Below, in pieces: positions 8,820 through 16,858 of a stretch of 28,093 bases of DNA (the first letter of the stretch is position 1; each line of letters opens with the position of its first letter). Origin of the DNA: an uncultured Anaerolineaceae bacterium (GTDB lineage: Bacteria > Chloroflexota > Anaerolineae > Anaerolineales > Villigracilaceae); contig CAZERH010000002.1 in assembly GCA_964515535.1 (NCBI GenBank), forward strand, positions 1-28,093, given 5' to 3'. Below the pieces are notes generated by a model. It searched no databases, was not told where the DNA came from, and was given only the letters and a program-made list of their open reading frames with translations. The position numbers were made by a program, and so were the translations under genes.

Positions 8820-8978
8820 TTCTAGCCACCTGACAGTTTGCTAAAAAGAAGCGTTCGCGTTGGTTGAGTGCTATGCGAACGAAACCTAAAAGTAGCGAAA
8901 TTCTGTGGTTTTGATCGCTCTTTGCTCTGCTTCGAGCTACTCAACCACCTTAAAAACGAAGGTGTCAGGTGGCTAGAA
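8820..8978. repeat. 159-bp MITE/REP-like composite element with 16-bp perfect terminal inverted repeats
   Basis: ttctagccacctgaca (8820-8835) and tgtcaggtggctagaa (8963-8978). Inside is a second imperfect IR: ggttgagt...cgaaacc (8862-8886) and ggttttga...actcaacc (8907-8946). Confidence 0.75.
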
Positions 8979-8991
8979 AAAACGCAATCTT

Positions 8992-9026
8992 AAAATGCCT
9001 GATATGATAAGTGTCGGGCATTTTTA
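8992..9026 (+). terminator. Intrinsic terminator of the liv operon
   Basis: aaaatgcctga...tcgggcattttt stem-loop followed by atttg. Confidence 0.65.
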
Positions 9027-9121
9027 TTTGTCGGGTAAAATAATACGGTAATTAAAACGTGAGTCGTGTTATATCTCTCGCAACAAAAAAATACATCTAC
9101 CTAACTACCAACCACAAAACC

Positions 9122-9898
9122 ATGACACTCAAAAACAAAAAACAAATCGTTCGAGACTGGCTACCGCGTTACACCGGCACAGCCCTTGAAAATTTTTCAG
9201 ACTATATTTTATTAACTAACTTTGAACATTATGTTCATCTCTTCGCAGATTGGTATGGCGTGCCTATTCAGGGACACGAAAAACCGATGCCCAATGTCAC
9301 TTCCAACGGCATTACCCTCATCAACTTTGGGATAGGCAGTCCCAACGCCGCGCTAATTATGGATTTGCTCAGTGCCACTAGTCCCAAAGCGGTTCTTTTT
9401 CTCGGTAAGTGTGGTGGATTAAAGAAAAAAACCGCACTCGGCGACTTTGTTCTACCCATCGCCGCCATTCGCGGAGAAGGAACATCGAACGATTATTACC
9501 CCCCCGAAGTTCCCGCCTTGCCAGCTTTCAATTTGCAAAAAGCCGTCTCTACCACAATTCGCAATCACGAGCGCGACTATTGGACAGGCACTGTCTACTC
9601 TACAAATCGCCGTGTGTGGGAACATGATGATGACTTTAGGGGGTACCTCGCTAAAATTAGAGCAATGGCTATAGATATGGAAACAGCCACCCTCTTCACC
9701 ACAGGTTTTTCCAATGAAATTCCCACAGGCGCGCTACTTCTCGTATCGGATCGCCCAATGATGTCCGCGGGTATCAAAACTGCCGAGAGCGATGAGAAAA
9801 TTACAGAGGAGTTCGTTGAAGAACATCTACGCTTGGGCATTGACGCGCTAAACGAGTTAATCAATAATGGATTAACAGTAAAGCATTTGAGGTTTTAA
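9122..9898 (+). CDS. amn: AMP nucleosidase, short PNP/UDP-fold type
   Basis: N-terminus KQIVRDWLPRYTG...YILLTNF, then NFGIGSPNAA, LGKCGGL, AAIRGEGTSNDY, AIDMETATLF and LLLVSD, as in the short (about 260 aa) Amn family. ATG 9122 preferred over GTG 9059. Confidence 0.85.
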   Translation: MTLKNKKQIVRDWLPRYTGTALENFSDYILLTNFEHYVHLFADWYGVPIQGHEKPMPNVTSNGITLINFGIGSPNAALIMDLLSATSPKAVLFLGKCGGLKKKTALGDFVLPIAAIRGEGTSNDYYPPEVPALPAFNLQKAVSTTIRNHERDYWTGTVYSTNRRVWEHDDDFRGYLAKIRAMAIDMETATLFTTGFSNEIPTGALLLVSDRPMMSAGIKTAESDEKITEEFVEEHLRLGIDALNELINNGLTVKHLRF

Positions 9899-10082
9899 GA
9901 GCTAAACGTAATTGCAAAACATGCTAATGGTGCATTGCATCTTAGAATGCGTTGCAGTTCTATCACCCTAATTTTGAGCCACTACGAAAGAATATCGTGG
10001 TATTCCCGTGCTTTCATCTGCAAGAGAAAACATGTCAGGTAGCTAAAAAATATACCGTTATAATGCAAAAGGATTGACCCTC

Positions 10083-11039
10083 ATGAAATCACTCTACCTT
10101 GAAAACGAAACACTTTCTTATAAAGAAAACCATCCCAAACCCTCAAAAAAAGGTGAGGCGTTGATTCGTGTACGCCTAGCGGGGATTTGTGGCACAGACC
10201 TCGAAATGGTGCGTGGCTACTATCCCTTTGCGGGGGTGCCGGGGCATGAATTTGTGGGAGAAGTTGTTGAAGTAGAAGATGAAAGCTGGATTGGTCAACG
10301 CGTTGCAGGAGAAATTAACGTTAGTTGCGGGCAGTGTGAACAATGCCAAAACGGACGTAAATCTCATTGCGAAAACCGCTCCGTATTGGGAATTTTTAAC
10401 CGTGATGGAGTTTTTGCCGAATACGTCACGCTCCCCACCCGAAACTTGTTGCGCGTACCCGATTCTGTGCCTGACGAAAAAGCAGTTTTCACCGAACTGC
10501 TCGCCGCCGCCTTAGAGATTCCGCAAGAGGTACATATTCACCCCACAGATAGAGTTTTGCTCGTTGGCGCGGGGAGATTTGGTCAACTTATCGCGCAGGT
10601 CTTGCAACTCACAGGTGCCAATCTACACGTTATTGCGCGGCATCCGCTACAGCAGAGATTGCTCGAAGAACGCGGCATTAATCTCATTGCCGAAAAATCG
10701 GTAGAGCCTCAAAGATGGGATGTGGTGGTAGACGCTACGGGATCGGCATCTGGTTTTGGGCTTGCGCGGCAAGCCGTACGTCCGCGCGGGACCCTTGTCA
10801 TGAAATCCACTTATAAAGGCGATATGCAAGTTAACTTTTCTTCTATTGTGGTGGACGAAATCAATATCATTGGCTCGCGGTGTGGCCCTTTTGCGCCCGC
10901 CTTGCGATTATTGGAGAACGGGTTAATTAATCCGCTGGGGATGATTGCAGAAGAATATCCGCTGGAAGAGGGGCTAAAGGCTTTTGAAAAAGCGGCTGAA
11001 CGGGGCGTGCTGAAAGTGTTGTTGAGACCATGCGTTTGA
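10083..11039 (+). CDS. Zn-dependent medium-chain dehydrogenase/reductase, substrate unknown
   Basis: GICGTD and GHEFVG catalytic Zn ligands, CGQCEQC-x7-C structural Zn site, GAGRFG Rossmann motif, GSRCGPF. ATG 10083 follows AAAGGA; TATAAT at 10059-10064. Confidence 0.88.
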   Translation: MKSLYLENETLSYKENHPKPSKKGEALIRVRLAGICGTDLEMVRGYYPFAGVPGHEFVGEVVEVEDESWIGQRVAGEINVSCGQCEQCQNGRKSHCENRSVLGIFNRDGVFAEYVTLPTRNLLRVPDSVPDEKAVFTELLAAALEIPQEVHIHPTDRVLLVGAGRFGQLIAQVLQLTGANLHVIARHPLQQRLLEERGINLIAEKSVEPQRWDVVVDATGSASGFGLARQAVRPRGTLVMKSTYKGDMQVNFSSIVVDEINIIGSRCGPFAPALRLLENGLINPLGMIAEEYPLEEGLKAFEKAAERGVLKVLLRPCV

Positions 11040-11053
11040 AACGGGAAAATTAT

Positions 11054-12250
11054 TCAATCTTTTATCATGTGCAAAGGCAAGTGGATGATGAAAGATGTCC
11101 CTTCTCCCCGTTTACTTTTGACGTCAATTGTGCCACGATGTCCCTGCACAATTTGCTTTGAAATCGAAAGCCCTAAGCCCGTTCCGGCAACTTTATCTTC
11201 GGTTTCGTGGACGCGAAAAAACTTCTTAAAAAGATGTGGCATAGCTTCTTCGGGAATGCCGTAGCCCGTATCTTGCACGGTGATTTTCATTTGGTCTTTC
11301 TTTTTATTTACTCTTGCTCGCAAAATCACTGTGCCTTCAGGGCGGTTATATTTGATGGCGTTGCTGAGTAAATTTAGAATAACTTGCTTTATTTTATTCG
11401 CATCGGCTTCGAGTTCCGGCAAATCGTCGGGAATGTCAATGCTAACTTGGATATTGCCCTCATTTGCCTTCGATTGCATAATTTCACGACATTGCCCCAA
11501 AAGATTTTCTACAGAAAAGCGTTCATATTTAAATTGAACACGTCCGGATTCTAAACGCGAGAGATCGAGAAAAGATGAGGCAAGCGCGCTTAGCCGCAAT
11601 GTTTCCGAATGGATATTATTGACAATTTGCTCGTGTTGCGTAGAAGATATTTCGGGACGCAAAAGAAGATAAGTGGCAGTGCTGAGAGATGCGAGAGGGG
11701 TGCGCAACTCGTGGACAAATTCCGATATCAAATCGGATTGCTGGAAGAGACGCGTGTTTTCTATCGCGACCGCGGCTTGCGCGCCCAAAACGAGCAGTAG
11801 TTCTTCGTCAACAGCAGTGAAATGCCCGTCTTTTTTGTTTAGAGCCTCTAAAACCCCCACAACTTTATCTTTGGTAATCAATGGAACGCCTAATATAGAT
11901 TCCGTGTCGAATCTGGTTGCGTTTTGAACGCCGTTAAAAAAGCGCGTATCATCTTGCACATCGCCAATGCGGACAGCCTCGCGATGAGTAACAATCCACC
12001 CGGCGATGCTTCCTTCTAAAGGCACGCTCAAACCACGCATATTTGGCAAATCCATATTGGTTGCCACTTGAAAATTGAGTTGACGCGCAACGTCATCGTA
12101 GAGCAAAATGGAGGCCTCTTCGGCACCGGAAATTTCGGCGGCAATTTTTACAATTCTAAAAAGAAGCGTATCTAAATCGAGCGTAGAGGCGAGGTCTCGA
12201 GTAATTTCAAGCAAACGGCGATAGTCTGCCAAACTTTGAGTTTTAGTCAT
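11054..12250 (-). CDS. Cytoplasmic GAF-domain sensor histidine kinase
   Basis: N-terminal GAF (SILGVPL...VVGVLEALNK), H-box FVHELRTPL, N-box NLLSNAIKYN, G1 DTGYGI, G2 GTGLGLSI. No transmembrane segment visible. Confidence 0.93.
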   Translation of the reverse strand: MTKTQSLADYRRLLEITRDLASTLDLDTLLFRIVKIAAEISGAEEASILLYDDVARQLNFQVATNMDLPNMRGLSVPLEGSIAGWIVTHREAVRIGDVQDDTRFFNGVQNATRFDTESILGVPLITKDKVVGVLEALNKKDGHFTAVDEELLLVLGAQAAVAIENTRLFQQSDLISEFVHELRTPLASLSTATYLLLRPEISSTQHEQIVNNIHSETLRLSALASSFLDLSRLESGRVQFKYERFSVENLLGQCREIMQSKANEGNIQVSIDIPDDLPELEADANKIKQVILNLLSNAIKYNRPEGTVILRARVNKKKDQMKITVQDTGYGIPEEAMPHLFKKFFRVHETEDKVAGTGLGLSISKQIVQGHRGTIDVKSKRGEGTSFIIHLPLHMIKD

Positions 12251-13022
12251 AATTGAGAACCTTTTCTGCTAATGCGGGGAGTAATACAGCCGCATCTTGG
12301 GTAAAAACAATATCGGCGCGCACATTAAGATAGGTAGAAATCTGATTGACAATAATAAGATGGCCGCCTCGATCTAGCATTTGCATTGGTAAACCGGCAA
12401 CGGGTAAAACTTCAAGTGAGGAACCAACAATAAGCATCAGGTCACATTTTCGGGCAGATTTTTGGGCTTTTAGCCATGCTTTTTGCGGGAGTTGTTCTCC
12501 GAAGAGAATTACGTCCGGTTTAAGAATCGCGCCACAATCAGTACAGTGAGGAATAACGCCTTCTTCAACAAATGGTTTCAAAAAAAGCGTTGAGTCAAAT
12601 TGATGAAAACATTGCGTACACGAAAGCGTACGCAATGAGCCGTGCATCTCGATTACGTTTTTTGAGCCTGCTTTTTGATGCAGAACATCTATATTTTGGG
12701 TGATTATAGTATTTAAGTGTTTCCCTTCGCCTAATTGTGCCAGAGCAATATGAGCTGGATTTGGCGAGGCATTGACTATCTGATTGGCAAGGGGACGAAA
12801 CCATTCGTAAAATTGAGTGGGGTTATACCGAAAAGAGGAAAGAGAAGCCACTTCCATAGCTTCTTCTTTTGCCCATAGCCCCGTCCCTTCCGAGCGAAAA
12901 TCCGGAATTCCAGACGGAGTGGATATCCCTGCGCCGGTGAGCGCAAGAGGATATTTTGCCTGTCGAAAAAGCTCTGCCGCAAATTTTATTTTTTCGCTAA
13001 CTTGGCTGGAGAGCTTTGTCAT
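12243..13022 (-). CDS. cobB: NAD-dependent protein deacylase (Sir2 family)
   Basis: GAGISTPSGIPDFR, ITQNIDVLHQKAG, HGS, Zn ligands CTQC and CTDC, KPDVILFGE, GSSLEVLP. Confidence 0.93.
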   Translation of the reverse strand: MTKLSSQVSEKIKFAAELFRQAKYPLALTGAGISTPSGIPDFRSEGTGLWAKEEAMEVASLSSFRYNPTQFYEWFRPLANQIVNASPNPAHIALAQLGEGKHLNTIITQNIDVLHQKAGSKNVIEMHGSLRTLSCTQCFHQFDSTLFLKPFVEEGVIPHCTDCGAILKPDVILFGEQLPQKAWLKAQKSARKCDLMLIVGSSLEVLPVAGLPMQMLDRGGHLIIVNQISTYLNVRADIVFTQDAAVLLPALAEKVLNYD

Positions 13023-14179
13023 TTTTCCTCTGCCTCATTCTCTACGACAATTTTTGCCAATTTTTGGAACTGCTGAGTAGTCATGCTTTCGGGCTGTTCA
13101 ATCACTGCAGTTGTTTTTTTGCGGGTTGCCTGAGAAAACAATTCAGGAGCCGGCGTTAGCGCGATGGTGATGGGGGACCCCATCTCTTTTTCAACTTGGC
13201 TTCGGGCAAGATGCAAATCGGAACGCATTCGATTATTGAGGACAACAAGAATACTTTCTTCTTCAATCCCTAAGTCAATCAAGTTTTCAAATAGTATTTT
13301 TGATTGTGCAATGGAATTAGAGAAAGCCTCAACGATAATCATCGTTAAATCACATTGAGGAAGTAGAGTTTGGCTTAATCTAGGTAGTCCTGTGCCAAAA
13401 TCGACAATCAAAAAATCGGTCAAAGAATTGAGGTGTGAATATATCGCCTTATTTTGTAGTTCAGCATTATTAAATGCCGCGTCTTTCGACTCTTCTGAAG
13501 CGGGCAATACTTGCAAGCCGGTTTCGTGTTCAAAAAGAGCTTCTTCAACATCTTTTTTGGTAATTTCTTCCGGCGCGCGTTTAAGCAATTTTAATACCCC
13601 GCCAAACTTTTCAAAACCTAAATCCCTGCCAATTGTTCCCTTTCCCTGAAACAACTCTGTAATAATGGTTTCTTTTCCCATATTGGAGCTTAAAAAACTC
13701 CCCAAATTCAACGCAACAGATGAGACACCTAAACCGCCGCGTGCACTAATTACGCCGATCGTGAAAGTTTTTCTATTAACAGGGGCAGGTTTCTTTTTGT
13801 CTACTTTTACTGAGCGAGCAAGAAGAGCCTTTACGTGTGCTTGAAGTTCTGCGGGATGTGTAGGCTTCGTTAAATAATCATCTGCTCCGGATTCGAATCC
13901 GGTCACTTTATCGTCAAGTTGGGATTTAGCGGTAAACATGATGATTGGAATTCCGGCGGTTTCAGGGTTCTGACGTAAACGCCGAGCAACTTCATAACCA
14001 TCCATCTCCGGCATCATTACATCCAATAAAATTAAATCAGGAATTTCTTCTGCCACTTTGAGCAAACCTTGTTTCCCGTTATTTGCCGCCGCAATCTCAT
14101 ACCCTTTCTTTTGGAGCATTAGTCCAACAAGGCGGAGAGTATCAAGATCATCGTCAATGATTAAAATTTTTTCAGACAT
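13019..14179 (-). CDS. Response regulator: REC domain fused to a CpaE/TadZ-like (MinD/ParA-fold) domain
   Basis: Intact REC (IIDDD, LLDVMMP, FTAK, LTKP). C-terminal ISARGGLGVSSVALNL is a degenerate deviant Walker A; also LIVDFG and LVVLNN-type motifs. Confidence 0.85.
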   Translation of the reverse strand: MSEKILIIDDDLDTLRLVGLMLQKKGYEIAAANNGKQGLLKVAEEIPDLILLDVMMPEMDGYEVARRLRQNPETAGIPIIMFTAKSQLDDKVTGFESGADDYLTKPTHPAELQAHVKALLARSVKVDKKKPAPVNRKTFTIGVISARGGLGVSSVALNLGSFLSSNMGKETIITELFQGKGTIGRDLGFEKFGGVLKLLKRAPEEITKKDVEEALFEHETGLQVLPASEESKDAAFNNAELQNKAIYSHLNSLTDFLIVDFGTGLPRLSQTLLPQCDLTMIIVEAFSNSIAQSKILFENLIDLGIEEESILVVLNNRMRSDLHLARSQVEKEMGSPITIALTPAPELFSQATRKKTTAVIEQPESMTTQQFQKLAKIVVENEAEEK

Positions 14180-14211
14180 GAGGGGTTCCTTATATGTAGG
14201 ATGTTAAATCA

Positions 14212-14240
14212 AGTCTAGCATAAAGCTATCTATACATCAA
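14212..14240 (-). promoter_or_regulatory. Sigma70-type promoter TTGATG-17 nt-TAGACT with TGn extension for the RR-cobB-HK operon
   Basis: -35 at 14235-14240 and -10 at 14212-14217 on the minus strand, about 30 nt upstream of the RR ATG. Confidence 0.6.
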
Positions 14241-14357
14241 GAACGCCAAATTTCCTAGCGTATGGTGTTTTTTTAGGGAATTTCATCCTGCCCTCATCGC
14301 GGGAGATGTCTGCAGGAGAGAGACGTTTAGGGGCAGTCAGTTCTCGAATGGATTTCG

Positions 14358-14366
14358 TGTTAAAAT
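14358..14366 (+). promoter_or_regulatory. Extended -10 promoter (TG-T-TAAAAT) for trxA
   Basis: tgttaaaat, about 115 nt upstream of the trxA ATG. Confidence 0.5.
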
Positions 14367-14481
14367 ATAGCGAAATTAAAAGCATCAAATAGACGCCTGT
14401 AAAAAAACACTTAACGTAATAAAATTTGCCTTCTTCTCATCCAAAACGGACTATGAGAAGAGATTTTAAGGAGAAATAAGA

Positions 14482-14802
14482 ATGGCAGAAATAAATGTAA
14501 CAGAAGAAAGTTTTGAAAGCGAAGTGCTGAATGCCGAACTCCCCGTTCTGGTTGATTTTTCGGCAGAATGGTGCGGCCCCTGCAAGATGGTCGATCCTAT
14601 TGTTCATGAACTTTCCAACGACTGGGATGGCAAAGTCAAAGTCGTCAAAATTGATGCGGACGAAAGCCCGGGCATCTTAATGAAATATGGCATAATGGGC
14701 ATCCCAACGCTTATGTTTTTTGTAGATGGCGAAGTGAAAGAACGCGTCACCGGCTACCAGCCTAAAAAACGCCTGATAAAGAAATTTGAAAAGCATTTTT
14801 AA
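14482..14802 (+). CDS. trxA: Thioredoxin
   Basis: DFSAEWCGPCK active site, cis-Pro motif GIPTL, 106 aa, AAGGAG SD. Confidence 0.96.
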   Translation: MAEINVTEESFESEVLNAELPVLVDFSAEWCGPCKMVDPIVHELSNDWDGKVKVVKIDADESPGILMKYGIMGIPTLMFFVDGEVKERVTGYQPKKRLIKKFEKHF

Positions 14803-14856
14803 GAGCCTACCTCGCCTTGCATTAGTGCGCCTCTTAGAATTTACTAAGGACATCCC

Positions 14857-16710
14857 ATGACAAAAAAACTTGCACCCTATGGTCTCTGGAAATCACCTAT
14901 AACCCCATCTTTGTTGGGGCGTAAAATTCAGCTCAACGATGTGCAATGGGCAGACGATGGCAAAACGCTTTTATGGGTGGAGGGGCGTTCGGGGCATGGC
15001 GTTTTGGTCGCCAAAACCGGGGAAGAGGCAGAACGAGATTTAACGGGAGATGTTCCTGTCAAGCCCACGCTCGGGTATGGCGGAGGCGAGTTCACGTCAC
15101 GCGCGGCGCAGGCGGTCTTTGCCAGCAACGGACGCTTATACCAAATCCCTCTCAAGCAGGGGCTACCTCATCCCATCACCCCAAAAATTGGCGAGTTAGC
15201 CGCCCCCGTCATCTCTCCCAACAATCAGCGCATTCTCTATGTCCACTCTTATGAAGGGGAAGATTCCCTCACTATTGCAGATTTAAATGGCAAAGATTTC
15301 CCGAAAAAAATAGCACAGGGAGCCGATTTTTATATGCAACCGGTTTGGCACCCCGGCGGCGAAAAAATTGCGTGGGTCGAGTGGGATCATCCACAAATGC
15401 CTTGGGATGGCACACGACTGGCAATTTCTGATTTTGAAAAAACAGAAATTTTAGCGGGAAATGAAGACACACCTGTTTTTCAGCCCGCTTTTTCACCCGA
15501 TGGGAAATTTTTAAGCTATATCGAAGAAGATGGAGAATGGCAACAACTCTGTCTTTTCAACTTGGCAGAGGGCAAGAAACAGATTCTTATCTCAGACGCG
15601 GTGCTGGCAATGCCTGCCTGGGTACAAGGCTTGCGGATGCACGCATGGGCGTGGGATTCGTCCCATATCTTTTATGTGCGCAACGATACGGGCACACATT
15701 CTCTCTGGGTCGTGGATATAGAAACCGGCAAAACTGCCGAAGTAAAAACACCCTATACGCATATCACCCAACTCACTGCCTCCCCCATAGATGGAAAGTT
15801 GGCATTCATCGGAGAATCTCCGCAAATTGCCCAGCAAATTGTAGTTTGGGAAAAAGGGAAATATACCGTCATCAAACGCTCCATGGCAGATAATCTTTCA
15901 GACGATTATTTACCCTCGCCGAAAAAAATCATCTGGTCTGCGCCCGATGGCACACCGGTACACGGACTCTACTATCCGCCATCTTCCGCAGAATTCTATG
16001 GAGAAGGCTTACCCCCCGTCATTGTGGATATTCATGGAGGTCCGACCTCACAGAAATATGAAGTGCATAACGCCAACTCACGCAACGAAGGCTTTTTCTT
16101 CACCAGCCGTGGCTATGGCGTTTTGCAGGTCAATTATCGCGGCAGTACGGGATATGGACGTAATTATATGCTGGCATTGCGCAAAAAATGGGGACCCCTA
16201 GATGTAGAAGATGCTGTCGGAGGCGCAGAAGCCCTCGTAGAGCAAAATCTCGCCGACCCAAAACGATTGGTCATCATGGGTGGTAGTGCTGGCGGGTATA
16301 CGGTATTAAATTCTCTCGTCCACAAACCCGGATTTTTCAAAGCAGGGATCGCATCCTATGCAGTCACCAATTTATTCACCCTTGATATGGACACGCATAA
16401 ATTCGAGTCTCATTATAATGCCTCACTGGTTGGCTCTTTGCCCGAAGACGGCGATTTCTTTAAAAAATGGTCGGCTGTTTTCCACGCCGATAAAATTAAA
16501 GATTTAGTAGCCCTCTTTCATGGCACAGAAGATACCGCTGTTTCTCCCGAACAAACAAAAACGATTGTTGCCGCGCTACAAGCAAATAAAGTGCCGCATA
16601 TCTTCAGATTATACGAAGGTGAAGGTCACGGCTGGCGCAAAGCGGAGACAATTGAAGCCTTTTATAAGGAAGTCCTTGATTTCTTAAAGCAGTATGTGAT
16701 TTTCGGGTGA
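14857..16710 (+). CDS. S9 family (prolyl oligopeptidase clan) peptidase, dipeptidyl aminopeptidase/acylaminoacyl peptidase-like
   Basis: Beta-propeller-like N-terminus, HGGPT, NYRGSTGYG, nucleophile GGSAGG, HGTED, GEGHG. Confidence 0.92.
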   Translation: MTKKLAPYGLWKSPITPSLLGRKIQLNDVQWADDGKTLLWVEGRSGHGVLVAKTGEEAERDLTGDVPVKPTLGYGGGEFTSRAAQAVFASNGRLYQIPLKQGLPHPITPKIGELAAPVISPNNQRILYVHSYEGEDSLTIADLNGKDFPKKIAQGADFYMQPVWHPGGEKIAWVEWDHPQMPWDGTRLAISDFEKTEILAGNEDTPVFQPAFSPDGKFLSYIEEDGEWQQLCLFNLAEGKKQILISDAVLAMPAWVQGLRMHAWAWDSSHIFYVRNDTGTHSLWVVDIETGKTAEVKTPYTHITQLTASPIDGKLAFIGESPQIAQQIVVWEKGKYTVIKRSMADNLSDDYLPSPKKIIWSAPDGTPVHGLYYPPSSAEFYGEGLPPVIVDIHGGPTSQKYEVHNANSRNEGFFFTSRGYGVLQVNYRGSTGYGRNYMLALRKKWGPLDVEDAVGGAEALVEQNLADPKRLVIMGGSAGGYTVLNSLVHKPGFFKAGIASYAVTNLFTLDMDTHKFESHYNASLVGSLPEDGDFFKKWSAVFHADKIKDLVALFHGTEDTAVSPEQTKTIVAALQANKVPHIFRLYEGEGHGWRKAETIEAFYKEVLDFLKQYVIFG

Positions 16711-16734
16711 GGGGCGCACGCCGTGTGCCCCTAC
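16707..16734. repeat. GTAG-type REP-like palindrome overlapping the peptidase stop codon
   Basis: gtgaggggcgcac-gcc-gtgtgcccctac resembles GTAGGGGCG...CGCCCCTAC REPs; 10-bp stem with one G:T. Confidence 0.7.
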
Positions 16735-16858
16735 CAAAACTCTTATAAAAAAGAAACTTTTAGCGAGTACAATTAATTTTGTCTTAAAAAATGAAAGAAA
16801 CCTGTTCCCTGAGAGGGAACGAGTTCTTCTTGCCACCAAATAAAAAAGGAATCTCCAC

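Noticed and set aside
8820-8978. Palindromic region as a CRISPR remnant, tRNA or intact IS
   Set aside because: No direct repeat-spacer periodicity, no cloverleaf or T-loop, no transposase ORF.
10480-10515. FTELLAAA in place of the usual FTEPLAAA in the dehydrogenase, as a sign of inactivation
   Set aside because: Single substitution; all Zn ligands and the Rossmann motif are intact.
12243-13022. Sir2 as an anti-phage (Thoeris/DSR/pAgo-associated) NADase
   Set aside because: It has the Zn-binding insert and the full GAGIS/QNID/HG deacylase motifs of classical sirtuins, and no defence genes are adjacent.
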